29,436 nt of DNA. It comes from a virus (taxonomy: Duplodnaviria; Caudoviricetes). Positions 1 to 9,067 of the stretch are shown one piece after another; the first letter of the stretch is position 1, and every line of letters starts with the position of its first letter. Below the pieces are notes generated by a model, which worked only from the letters and a program-made list of their open reading frames with translations, was not told the origin of the DNA and ran no database searches. The DNA is taken from IMG/VR virus record IMGVR_UViG_3300035135_000656, positions 1-29,436 of that record; one strand, written 5' to 3'. Both the position numbers and the translations under genes were made by a program.

Positions 1-1
1 T

Positions 2-3000
2 AGTGATTATGGTTCTATTAGAGTTGAAGGGGCGAAGAACGGTTGGGCAGGATATGCAATCCGTGACGACTGGGTCTTCATGTCAAATGGTCCATCTGAA
101 GTAGGTATCTACAACGACACCAACAACGAGTGGGCACTTCGTGCAGTACAAAACGATAGATTGTACTTGTACTTCAATGGTCGTTCTGAGGCGGAAACAC
201 GTTCTGGTTATTTCGATATGATCAGACAGGCACGTGCGCCTATCTACTATGACAGAGATAATACAGGTTACTATCTGAATCCAGCTGCAGGTAATACAAG
301 TACCTCATTTAGAACTAATGGTATTATTGACCGTGTTGGATTCTCAACTTCTGGTGACGGTAACAATAACATATTAAATAGAGCACAAGATTATTCTCAT
401 TGGATCTGGCAGACTGCTACAAACTGGGGTATTTTCTGGGCGGGTAACAACAACCCATATCGTTCACACTTCAGTACTTCTAATCCAAATGAACTTGTAT
501 TCATTGGTAGTGGTAACTTACGTGCATCTATTGACCTAGACAATGGTAATGCATACTTCGACGGTGAATTGAGTGCACGTCAAATCGCATACAACGGTGG
601 TAACGAATCTCTAACATTGTCACCTGCATATGGTACAGGTTATGCAGACGATGTTCTATTCGACGCTACCCACTACTTCGATAAACGTGTTATCAACTCA
701 CTTGCGCCAAACGAGAATAGTTTCACCCCCACTACTTCAGAATATGTTCGTGCAACAACTGGTCCGTTTGCAGGTTCTTATGTTCTACAGACTTCTGCAT
801 ATCGTGACTTCTACTCGACATTTATTCCAGTTGAACCAGGCGAAGAACTCTACGGTGAGATCTCGGTTCGTCGTATCTCTGGATCTGGTGGTATTCTTTA
901 CTATGGTATTGAACGTTATGATCAGAACCTGAGTGCGATTGCTGGTAACGCAGGTACAACATACTTCGTTGTAAGTGGTTCGAACGATACGTCGACTAAC
1001 TGGTCAACAAAACGTGGATATACAACAATTCCATCGAACTGTTATTACGTCCGTATCCGTATCCTGATGAACTATTCAGCTGGTGGTGCACTACGTCAAT
1101 TCGGTGGCGTGATGTTGAAACGTTCTAACACTCATGGTCGTCTACGTACTGGTGGTGACGTTTATGTCGATGGTAACGCATATGCAAACCGTTACTATGA
1201 TCGTAACAATACATCTTACTACCTAGATCCTGCTTCGACATCGTACACTAACGATTTCCGTGCAAACATTTTCTATGATCGTAGTAACACCACATACAGA
1301 ATGAACCCTGCATCTAGTGGTATTAACGACAACAGATTTGCACGTTTGACCGTTTCACAAGGTTCGTATGGTCTTATCAACTGGCAAGATGAATACCACG
1401 GTATGATTTTGCGTGGTTACCCAACCAACAACTCAACTGGTTACACTAACGCAGACCGCATTTCGTTCTTCGAATACGGTGGTAATTATCAGTTCTACGA
1501 GAAGAACCCAACACGTCTAAGATACCTCGGTGGTATTAACACAGATTACATGGATCACTTCAGTGACATGCGTGCTCCTATCTTCTATGATAGAAACAAC
1601 ACAGGTTATTATGTAGATCCCGCATCGACTTCACGTATGATTCACCTACGTTTGAGTTCTAGCGATTCATATTTGAAAATTGGTTCGAACTCTGCAACTC
1701 AAACAACACGTGACACTAATAGACCACAAATTGAGATTGGTAACAACCATGCGTACCCACACTTCACTCTAAGTTCTTGGGGTACAAACACGACTCACGG
1801 TGGTGTTATCTCATTCCGTTCAAGACTAAACTCTTCGAACAATGTTCGTCGTTGGAATATCGGTACTGCAAACTATCAAGCGAGCTCTATCCAGATTGGT
1901 TACTTTGATAACCAAGATAACCCACACTACGGTGTTGGTGTCAACGGATGGACATACGATAGTTACTCACGTTTCGTAATCTACACAGGTTACTCCGAAG
2001 CACGTGGATCTATGCGTTCACCTATCTTCTATGATGTGAACAATACAGGTTACTATGGTGATTTTGCGGGTACTTCACGTATGAACGTGAACCGTGTTAA
2101 CGAGACAGAATATTGGTCAGGTGGTCAGGCACATTTCTACACAACTTCAGGTAACTTACGTGGTTACATCCAAGCAACAGAAAGTAATGATGCACACTTG
2201 ATCATCGCAACATCTGGCGGTGAAGACATCTCTTTCCGTGATGGTGGTACTGGTGGACAGTGGAACCAAATCATTCGTGGGGATGGTGACGTTCTTATCA
2301 ACCGTAACGCATATGCACAACGTTACTATGACAGAAATAACAGTGGTTACTATGGTGACTTTGCAGGCACTTCATCGATGGCGACTATCTTGGTTGACAG
2401 AATCAACATGCGTGATCGTGGAGATTGGATTACATTCTATGGTGATGACAGTACAAACCACGCAATTTCATCTCGTGACAATGGGGGCAATACTGCAGAT
2501 GATTTACGTATCAACACGTATGGTAACATCTGGATCAACCTAGACTCAAACAATAACAACACTTCAAGCGCAGACTTCCGTATTGGTCGTCATGGTGGTT
2601 CAACTGGTTCGATTCAACAACTTGGTTTGTTTGATGTGTATGGTGATGCATTGTATGTTTACACTGCATACAGTTTCCGTTCACCAATTTACTACGATTC
2701 AAATAACACTGGTTACTACATCAATGCTGCGTCTACGTCACGTTTGAATACACTCTTAACAAACAGACTGTATACAGGTTATGATAGTAGTACTGACGAT
2801 TACCTAGATTACCCAACTGGTGATTATGGTGGTGTCCAGATCAACGGTGGCGGTAAGAATGGTTGGGAAGGTTACTCAATCAATGGTCGTTATGTATTCA
2901 TGTCTGCAGACAACAACCAAGTTGGTATCTACAACGACATTGACAACGAGTGGATGTTGTACGCTGCAAGAAATTCTCATCTATACTTGTACTACAATGG

Positions 3001-5428
3001 TCGTTGGGAGGCACGTACTGACTCAGGATACTTCCGTGCAGAACGTCAAATGCGAGCTCCGATCTACTACGATCTAAACGATACTGGTTACTACCTAGAC
3101 CCAGCGTCTACATCTAACTTGAACGTTGTGAACTTCAGAGGCAAGTCTATCTACACAGGTAGAACAAATGACTCTGGTGGTTCTTGGTCATATGCGGCAA
3201 GTGGTTCTCGTATACGTGAATACTTACAGAATACCGCAATCGAATTCCATTCAGGTAACGATGCACCTGTAACAATGTACTTCCGTTCTGGTGTTAACGC
3301 ACCATCTGACTTTGGTTACATCACGTTTGATCCAGATTATAACAACTCTGGTGAGCAGGCGGCAATGGTTATCGGTGTTGAAAACGATGGTACAGGTTCT
3401 TCGGACTACATCAGACTACAAGGTCGTACAGTTGTTGACACAAACCTAATCAGTTCTGACAACTCTACAATCATGGAGTGGTTGTATGCAGGTTCAACAT
3501 ATGGTCGTATCAATACTGACTATATGGACCACATCTCTGATATGCGATCACCTTTGTTCTATGACAGAAACAACACTGGTTACTATCTAAACCCAGCGTC
3601 AACTTCTAACTTGAACACTGTTTATATCAACAGACTTCGTGTTGACGATGGTGGAACATCTGGTCATATCTACACTGGTGATACCTATATGGATATCCGT
3701 TACGGTGCTACTGGTGGCGGTGGTATGCGTCTTTATGATAACGATGGTTCGTTGCAATCATACTGGTACGGTAATGGTTCTGGTGAAGGTGGTCTACTAG
3801 ATAATGATGGATCATGGGCAGTTCGTGTACGCACAGGGTCCAACCCCTTAACTCTGTACTGTAATGGTAACGCAGAATTCTATGTGTATACAACTTACAC
3901 ATACTCGCCTGGTTCGTCTCGTGCACCAATCTTCTATGATTCAAATAACACTGCTTATTACTTCAACGGTGCATCTACGAACTCTACAAGATTTGAAGGT
4001 GTAAACAACAGAACAATGGCCATGATGTCATTGCCTGGTCATACACGTGACTCTGGTGAGTACTATCGTGCACGTCCACGCATCACAAGTGATAGTAACT
4101 ATTGGACTGGTGCAATGGGTTGGGGTCGTTTGGATATGACCAATACCATTGCAGACTTCGGATCTGGATTTATTGATTCTTGGAGTAACCCAGCTAACCA
4201 GCCTTCAGGTACGTCACACTGGGTTGGTGTGCAAGCATATCACTACTCACGTGGTTCTGCACGTTATGGTTGGCAGATGGTTGGTGGTCCAATCGGTAAC
4301 TTACGTTTCCGTAATACTTGGTCATCATTCTCATCTTGGAGAACAGTTCCAATCCTTGACGTTAACTCGTCAAACGGTGGTTCGATGTATGCAGGACGTT
4401 ACTATGACAGTAACAACACTGGATACTATACAGACCCTGCGTCTACATCGATCATGAACCAAGTTCGTGCGTATGTCTATGACTTTAACGGCACTGGTGG
4501 TGACTCTAACCGTGGAATCAGTTCATATCCTTATGAACTGTTCCAAACAGACGGTGCTTGGTCATTCCCATATCCTGCACTGAGAATTAACTATCATGTA
4601 GGTATTGACTTTGGTGCAAACCCAAGTTATCAGGGTTATCGTTTCATGAACGATTATAACTCGAACACTGTTAGATTCCAGATCAACGGTGGTTCAAGTT
4701 ATACCTACAAGTACACTTGGATGTACACCAACACTACTGGTTTCTACTCTGGTACAAACGGTGCGCACTTCTATCCAAACACTTCAACTTCTTACGGTTC
4801 TTGGAACGTACTAGGTGAAAGAAACGGTTGGTATGGTCTTGCGTGGTCACAGGCGGATAATGATCCTCACTTGATGTTCAACCAACGTGGTAGTGGTGCA
4901 GGTGGTCTGTATTGGCAAGGACTTGGACGTTGGGCACTTTACTATTACTCTAACGACAACTGTTTGGGTATTACTTCGTCCACTACATCTTCTACATACG
5001 AACTGTATGTGTCTGGTGACATCTACGCAACTGGTAACATTGTTGCATACTCAGATAGAAGACGTAAACGTAACATCGAAACTATTGACAACGCACTAGA
5101 AAAAGTTTTACAATTGCGTGGCGTCTCATATAACAAACTTGCGACAGAAAACGATAAACTGAAACCAGAACAAAAAGCTGATTATCTTTCTGATGATGGC
5201 GAAGAAATTATGGAAACAGAAATTGGTGTCATCGCTCAGGAAGTTGAAGAAGTACTACCAGAAGTGGTCACTTATGCTGCAGACGTGGATGAGTACTCTG
5301 TTAACTATGGTAACATGGCAGGTCTGTTTATCGAAGCAATTAAAGATCAACAATCTATTATAAATAGACAGCAAGAACAAATTGATGAACTTAAACAGAT
5401 GATTCAAACATTAATGGAGAGACTATAA
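2..5428 (+). CDS. Long modular tail fibre / receptor-binding protein (5'-truncated) with C-terminal peptidase S74 intramolecular chaperone
   Basis: The frame is open from position 2 (SDYGSIRVEGAKNGWAGY...), so ATG 80 is internal. G/N/S/T/Y-rich with repeated YDxNNTGYYxxPASTS joints. The C-terminal YSDRRRKRNI...LRGVSY...IGVIAQEVEEVLPEVV...VNYG plus coiled coil (from ~5051) is the S74 auto-cleaving chaperone signature. Confidence 0.9.
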   Translation, partial: SDYGSIRVEGAKNGWAGYAIRDDWVFMSNGPSEVGIYNDTNNEWALRAVQNDRLYLYFNGRSEAETRSGYFDMIRQARAPIYYDRDNTGYYLNPAAGNTSTSFRTNGIIDRVGFSTSGDGNNNILNRAQDYSHWIWQTATNWGIFWAGNNNPYRSHFSTSNPNELVFIGSGNLRASIDLDNGNAYFDGELSARQIAYNGGNESLTLSPAYGTGYADDVLFDATHYFDKRVINSLAPNENSFTPTTSEYVRATTGPFAGSYVLQTSAYRDFYSTFIPVEPGEELYGEISVRRISGSGGILYYGIERYDQNLSAIAGNAGTTYFVVSGSNDTSTNWSTKRGYTTIPSNCYYVRIRILMNYSAGGALRQFGGVMLKRSNTHGRLRTGGDVYVDGNAYANRYYDRNNTSYYLDPASTSYTNDFRANIFYDRSNTTYRMNPASSGINDNRFARLTVSQGSYGLINWQDEYHGMILRGYPTNNSTGYTNADRISFFEYGGNYQFYEKNPTRLRYLGGINTDYMDHFSDMRAPIFYDRNNTGYYVDPASTSRMIHLRLSSSDSYLKIGSNSATQTTRDTNRPQIEIGNNHAYPHFTLSSWGTNTTHGGVISFRSRLNSSNNVRRWNIGTANYQASSIQIGYFDNQDNPHYGVGVNGWTYDSYSRFVIYTGYSEARGSMRSPIFYDVNNTGYYGDFAGTSRMNVNRVNETEYWSGGQAHFYTTSGNLRGYIQATESNDAHLIIATSGGEDISFRDGGTGGQWNQIIRGDGDVLINRNAYAQRYYDRNNSGYYGDFAGTSSMATILVDRINMRDRGDWITFYGDDSTNHAISSRDNGGNTADDLRINTYGNIWINLDSNNNNTSSADFRIGRHGGSTGSIQQLGLFDVYGDALYVYTAYSFRSPIYYDSNNTGYYINAASTSRLNTLLTNRLYTGYDSSTDDYLDYPTGDYGGVQINGGGKNGWEGYSINGRYVFMSADNNQVGIYNDIDNEWMLYAARNSHLYLYYNGRWEARTDSGYFRAERQMRAPIYYDLNDTGYYLDPASTSNLNVVNFRGKSIYTGRTNDSGGSWSYAASGSRIREYLQNTAIEFHSGNDAPVTMYFRSGVNAPSDFGYITFDPDYNNSGEQAAMVIGVENDGTGSSDYIRLQGRTVVDTNLISSDNSTIMEWLYAGSTYGRINTDYMDHISDMRSPLFYDRNNTGYYLNPASTSNLNTVYINRLRVDDGGTSGHIYTGDTYMDIRYGATGGGGMRLYDNDGSLQSYWYGNGSGEGGLLDNDGSWAVRVRTGSNPLTLYCNGNAEFYVYTTYTYSPGSSRAPIFYDSNNTAYYFNGASTNSTRFEGVNNRTMAMMSLPGHTRDSGEYYRARPRITSDSNYWTGAMGWGRLDMTNTIADFGSGFIDSWSNPANQPSGTSHWVGVQAYHYSRGSARYGWQMVGGPIGNLRFRNTWSSFSSWRTVPILDVNSSNGGSMYAGRYYDSNNTGYYTDPASTSIMNQVRAYVYDFNGTGGDSNRGISSYPYELFQTDGAWSFPYPALRINYHVGIDFGANPSYQGYRFMNDYNSNTVRFQINGGSSYTYKYTWMYTNTTGFYSGTNGAHFYPNTSTSYGSWNVLGERNGWYGLAWSQADNDPHLMFNQRGSGAGGLYWQGLGRWALYYYSNDNCLGITSSTTSSTYELYVSGDIYATGNIVAYSDRRRKRNIETIDNALEKVLQLRGVSYNKLATENDKLKPEQKADYLSDDGEEIMETEIGVIAQEVEEVLPEVVTYAADVDEYSVNYGNMAGLFIEAIKDQQSIINRQQEQIDELKQMIQTLMERL
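230..4460 (+). repeat. Dispersed intragenic repeat, 11 copies of a ~25-aa (R[AS]P[IL]/xxR)[FY]YDxNNTGYYx[DN]PASTS motif
   Basis: Copies begin near 245, 1193, 1271, 1583, 2027, 2324, 2690, 3065, 3557, 3932 and 4400. Also visible at DNA level (e.g. ttctatgatagaaacaacacaggtta vs ttctatgacagaaacaacactggtta). Confidence 0.92.
5359..5366 (+). promoter_or_regulatory. T4-type late promoter TATAAATA (within fibre gene 3' end)
   Basis: Exact gp55 consensus ~65 nt upstream of ORF 5430. Confidence 0.65.
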
Positions 5429-5429
5429 T

Positions 5430-5915
5430 ATGGCGTTTATTAGAGATTACGAAATTCAGGGATCGGGCGCAACGATCCCTAATGCATATCATGTGGTGAC
5501 TGGGGTTAATGTCAAAAAAAGAAATAACGACATTATGCCTCCTGTCGATGTTTCGCAACCAAGTGGTTACACTTCAAGAGGTGACGATGAACCTGAAGTT
5601 TATTGGAGAAGTGGATATATTGCGAATGTTACCGTGACTATCTGGGCATCACGTCAAGCACGCATAGATGACTTGAACCCTATTGGATGGATGGGTGTAG
5701 AACCTACAGAAACCGAAATGGAAGAAAACATCGGTACACCAGACATGAATGGTAAATGTGTGTTTTTCCTTGATATGGACAGTAGTGATTCTTATGTCAC
5801 ACAAGCATATAACCATCTCAGATCTTTGGCATACTATGCAAATGCAGAAATTGATGATGACCCAGTGTCTACAGATGATGATGAGTTCGCAAACTCAGCA
5901 ACTGCAAACACATAA
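5430..5915 (+). CDS. Hypothetical tail-fibre-associated protein
   Basis: Starts 1 nt after the fibre stop, GGAGA RBS, acidic; position suggests a fibre assembly/accessory role. Confidence 0.7.
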   Translation: MAFIRDYEIQGSGATIPNAYHVVTGVNVKKRNNDIMPPVDVSQPSGYTSRGDDEPEVYWRSGYIANVTVTIWASRQARIDDLNPIGWMGVEPTETEMEENIGTPDMNGKCVFFLDMDSSDSYVTQAYNHLRSLAYYANAEIDDDPVSTDDDEFANSATANT

Positions 5916-5953
5916 ATAAAACATTAAACTAAACTATATTTGGAGAAAAGACT

Positions 5954-6379
5954 ATGTCACTAACAAAAACTTGGCGTATTGACAGTATGAAAGTTAAGGA
6001 TGAAGTGAACGCTGATGGTGTCACTCTTCCTCGTGCTGTTTATCAAACTTACTGGACCGTAACAGGTACTAACTCTGATGGTCACTCTGGCTCTTGGTCG
6101 GGTGCGACACCTTTCACGGCAGCAAACGTTCCTGAAGGAGAATTCACTCCATTTGCTGATTTGACTGAAGCAACTGTTCTTGGTTGGATTCAAGCAGTTG
6201 TAAATGCAGATGCGAGTTACGCAGCGCACATCGACGAACAAATCGAAAAGAGAATCGAAGAAGAACATGGTACTGGTGAAGAAATTCAATCGGATGCTCT
6301 ACCATGGGCAACTGAGGATGATGCAGTAACCCCAGAGCCACCTGCAGATGCTACTCCACCAGCAGACGATGCAGAATAA
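5954..6379 (+). CDS. Small tail-fibre-associated protein, paralogue 1
   Basis: GGAGA RBS; TWxI..M..KDE.N..G..L...V....W...GT...F..F..LTEA.V..WI...PW pattern shared with 6404..6742; CATAAATA late-like site at 5911-5918. Confidence 0.75.
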   Translation: MSLTKTWRIDSMKVKDEVNADGVTLPRAVYQTYWTVTGTNSDGHSGSWSGATPFTAANVPEGEFTPFADLTEATVLGWIQAVVNADASYAAHIDEQIEKRIEEEHGTGEEIQSDALPWATEDDAVTPEPPADATPPADDAE

Positions 6380-6403
6380 ATCTTTAGATAAGGTGATCTA
6401 AAA

Positions 6404-6742
6404 ATGGCGATTACATATGCTTGGGAAATTGTGAACATGGAGACGAAGGACGAAACCAATACAAATGGTGATGTCCTTCAAAACTCTGTTGTCCGTGTCA
6501 CTTGGAAAAGAATCGGTACGGATACAGATAGTGTTAATCACAGTTTCCTAGGCACGTCATGGTTTACTGCTGTTGATTTATCTACAGACGATTTCATAAA
6601 CTTTTTTAGTCTAACAGAAGCAAATGTTGTTCAGTGGATTGAAAACAAGTTGACAGCAGGCGAACTTCAGAAGATTGATGATATCATCGCAAGAAGAATC
6701 GATAAGAAAAATACTATCGTAAGACAAGTACCTTGGTCTTGA
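6404..6742 (+). CDS. Small tail-fibre-associated protein, paralogue 2
   Basis: AAGGTGA RBS; full-length motif similarity to 5954..6379. Confidence 0.75.
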   Translation: MAITYAWEIVNMETKDETNTNGDVLQNSVVRVTWKRIGTDTDSVNHSFLGTSWFTAVDLSTDDFINFFSLTEANVVQWIENKLTAGELQKIDDIIARRIDKKNTIVRQVPWS

Positions 6743-6767
6743 CAAACATACACTGATTTGATATAAT
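6739..6767 (+). promoter_or_regulatory. Perfect sigma70-type promoter TTGACA-N17-TATAAT
   Basis: TTGACA 6739-6744 (overlapping the TGA stop of the upstream ORF), TATAAT 6762-6767, GGAGGT RBS at 6791. Confidence 0.85.
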
Positions 6768-6799
6768 ATTCGCAATTGAAATTTAATTATGGAGGTGTC

Positions 6800-7840
6800 A
6801 TGCACGACATGCATCTGTATGGACTTGCAACCTTTGCACTAAAGCGGGGCGGCAAGATATATCCTATTACTCTTCCCAAAGAACTGACTGGCGAAACAGG
6901 GATCATGAATCCTTCCATTTACAATTATAATGGAAGAATCCTCATGAATATTCGTCATGTCAACTATACTCTTTACCATAGTGAAGGTAAAAAATTCCCA
7001 CATCAGTTTGGTCCACTAGCTTATATTCATCCAGAAAACGATGTCACTCTAACCACATATAATATTATGTGTGAATTAGATGCGAATATGAATGTTATTA
7101 GTGCTGGTCGCATTGATACTTCTGAATTGGATACAGAACCAACGTGGAACTTTATTGGACTAGAAGATGGAAGATTATTTTCTTGGGATGATCGTCTTTT
7201 CCTTTGTGGTGTTCGTCGTGACTGTTATGATGAACATGGTAAAGGTCGCATGGAAATGCAAGAGATCATTCAACTAGAAGATGGTAGTTGGAAAGAAATT
7301 GCGAGACATCCAATCCCTGCTCCACCCCCAGATGAAACTTATTGTGAGAAGAATTGGGTTCCAGTTCTGGACATGCCTTACCACTTTGTTAAGTGGACTA
7401 ACCCCACAGAAGTTATTAAGTTTAATATTGATGAAGGAACAACAGAAACTGTCGTTCTAGATGAAAGTAAGAAGATCCCTATGCCTAGGGACATTCGTGG
7501 CGGTACACAGATCCTTCCTATCGATAATGGTGAACGCAGAATCGCAATCACTCACGAAGTTGATTTGGGGCGTGATACTTTTGGACGCAAAGATGGTCAC
7601 TATGTACATCGTGCAATTATTTGGGACAATGATTGGAATATTGTTCATCACACACAAGAGTTTCATTTCATGGGAACTCAGACAGATCCAGTAACAGGAA
7701 ATCAATTTCATATTGAATTTGCAACTGGTTTGATGTTTGGTAAAAACGCTGTTTATATTTCTTATGGTTTGCAGGATAACGCAACCTATGTTTTGGAAAT
7801 ACCGAATGAAGTATTCCAAGAATTTTTGATGCGAGGATAG
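6800..7840 (+). CDS. Five-bladed beta-propeller glycoside-active protein (GH130/GT91/GT108-like)
   Basis: Motifs NPS, GLEDGR, EKNWVP, RGGT, IEFATG, ISYGxxD. The start is probably ATG 6800 behind GGAGGT rather than TTG 6776. Confidence 0.6.
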   Translation: MHDMHLYGLATFALKRGGKIYPITLPKELTGETGIMNPSIYNYNGRILMNIRHVNYTLYHSEGKKFPHQFGPLAYIHPENDVTLTTYNIMCELDANMNVISAGRIDTSELDTEPTWNFIGLEDGRLFSWDDRLFLCGVRRDCYDEHGKGRMEMQEIIQLEDGSWKEIARHPIPAPPPDETYCEKNWVPVLDMPYHFVKWTNPTEVIKFNIDEGTTETVVLDESKKIPMPRDIRGGTQILPIDNGERRIAITHEVDLGRDTFGRKDGHYVHRAIIWDNDWNIVHHTQEFHFMGTQTDPVTGNQFHIEFATGLMFGKNAVYISYGLQDNATYVLEIPNEVFQEFLMRG

Positions 7841-7841
7841 G

Positions 7842-9065
7842 ATGAATTTACAAGAACTATTGAATGAACATATCTTAGATCCTAAGAACACTTATAAAAT
7901 GTTTGACCTTGCACGTGAGTATGATAAACTAGAACAAGGTGCAGCTGCAATCTCTTTCTACATTCGTTGTGCAGACATCGAAGAAGAGGATCTAGAACTT
8001 CAATATAAATGTATGATTTATGCAGGACTTGCATATGATAGACAGGGTGGTCGTAATTACACTGTTACTGGTCTATTTCAACATGCGTTGGGACTTATAC
8101 CAACGAGACCAGAAGCACATTACTTTCTTGCAAAACACGGTGAGAAAGTGAACGATTGGAGACTTTGTCTTAATCATGCGAAATTGGGTTTGGAGTTTAT
8201 TGAGAAAGAAGATATTGGTATTGAATGGCCAGGCATAAGTGAACTATATTTCTTACGAGCACTAGGAACTTGGCAGATCTCTGGTGTGGAGAGTGGTAGA
8301 CGAATGTTCTTTGATATCCTTTATCGCAGACCTTTTGAAGCGACAGCGGGTTACGTTGATTACGTAAGAAGTCTTTTGAATAAAATTGGTTGGCCAGATG
8401 CGGTCCCTTATGAAAGAGGTGATGCAGTTAAGTTTACCGCACCTTTTGACGGTATTAAAAATGTCGATAAAAATTATTCAAAACATTTTCAAGACATGTT
8501 TGTACTTGCATGTCTGAATGGTAAACGCAACGGTACTTACTTAGAGATTGGTGCAGGAAATCCATTCACTCATAATAATACTGCACTACTAGAAACTCAA
8601 TTTGGGTGGAGAGGTATTTCTATTGAATGGTCTGCTCACCTTGCATATGAGTTTTCTCAGAAACGTACAAACACTATCCTTAATGCAAATGCGTTAGAGA
8701 TCGACTTTGAAGATCTTTTGGTGAAACATTGTATGGAAAACACGATTGACTTTCTACAGATCGATACTGATGAAACATCAATTCAAGTTTTAAGAAATAT
8801 GCCTTTCCATAGGTTTAAATTTAATGTTATTCAATTTGAACATGATGCTTATCGACTAGATAATAGTATTAGACAAGAGTCAAGACAGATTTTAAAAGAC
8901 GCAGGTTATGAACTTGTATGTCAAAATCTGTGTTTTAGACCCGATACAGAATACGAAGATTGGTATGTTCATAGAGATATCCTAGAAAATATTCCCCCGC
9001 AACTCTATAAGAGTAATGAGAAGAATTTGTTTTGGGATTATATGATGAGTAACAAAGGAGTGTAG
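7842..9065 (+). CDS. TPR-repeat + FkbM-like SAM-dependent methyltransferase fusion
   Basis: N-terminal helical TPR-like repeats (ALGLIPTRPEAHY). C-terminal S..FQD...NGTYLEIGA...NNT.LLE..FGWRGISIE...IDFLQIDTD...IQFEHD...EDWYVH matches the FkbM (Methyltransf_21)-like pattern. Confidence 0.8.
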   Translation: MNLQELLNEHILDPKNTYKMFDLAREYDKLEQGAAAISFYIRCADIEEEDLELQYKCMIYAGLAYDRQGGRNYTVTGLFQHALGLIPTRPEAHYFLAKHGEKVNDWRLCLNHAKLGLEFIEKEDIGIEWPGISELYFLRALGTWQISGVESGRRMFFDILYRRPFEATAGYVDYVRSLLNKIGWPDAVPYERGDAVKFTAPFDGIKNVDKNYSKHFQDMFVLACLNGKRNGTYLEIGAGNPFTHNNTALLETQFGWRGISIEWSAHLAYEFSQKRTNTILNANALEIDFEDLLVKHCMENTIDFLQIDTDETSIQVLRNMPFHRFKFNVIQFEHDAYRLDNSIRQESRQILKDAGYELVCQNLCFRPDTEYEDWYVHRDILENIPPQLYKSNEKNLFWDYMMSNKGV

Positions 9066-9067
9066 AT

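Noticed and set aside
80-82. ATG 80 as start of the tail fibre
   Set aside because: The frame is open upstream to the window edge and the upstream peptide matches an internal repeat module, so the gene begins before the window
230-4460. Fibre repeats as a CRISPR array or DGR template/variable pair
   Set aside because: The repeats are in-frame, degenerate at synonymous sites and irregularly spaced. Differences are not adenine-specific and no cas or reverse transcriptase gene is present in the window.
230-5428. Invertase-driven shufflon
   Set aside because: All repeats are direct, with no inverted silent cassettes and no recombinase in the window
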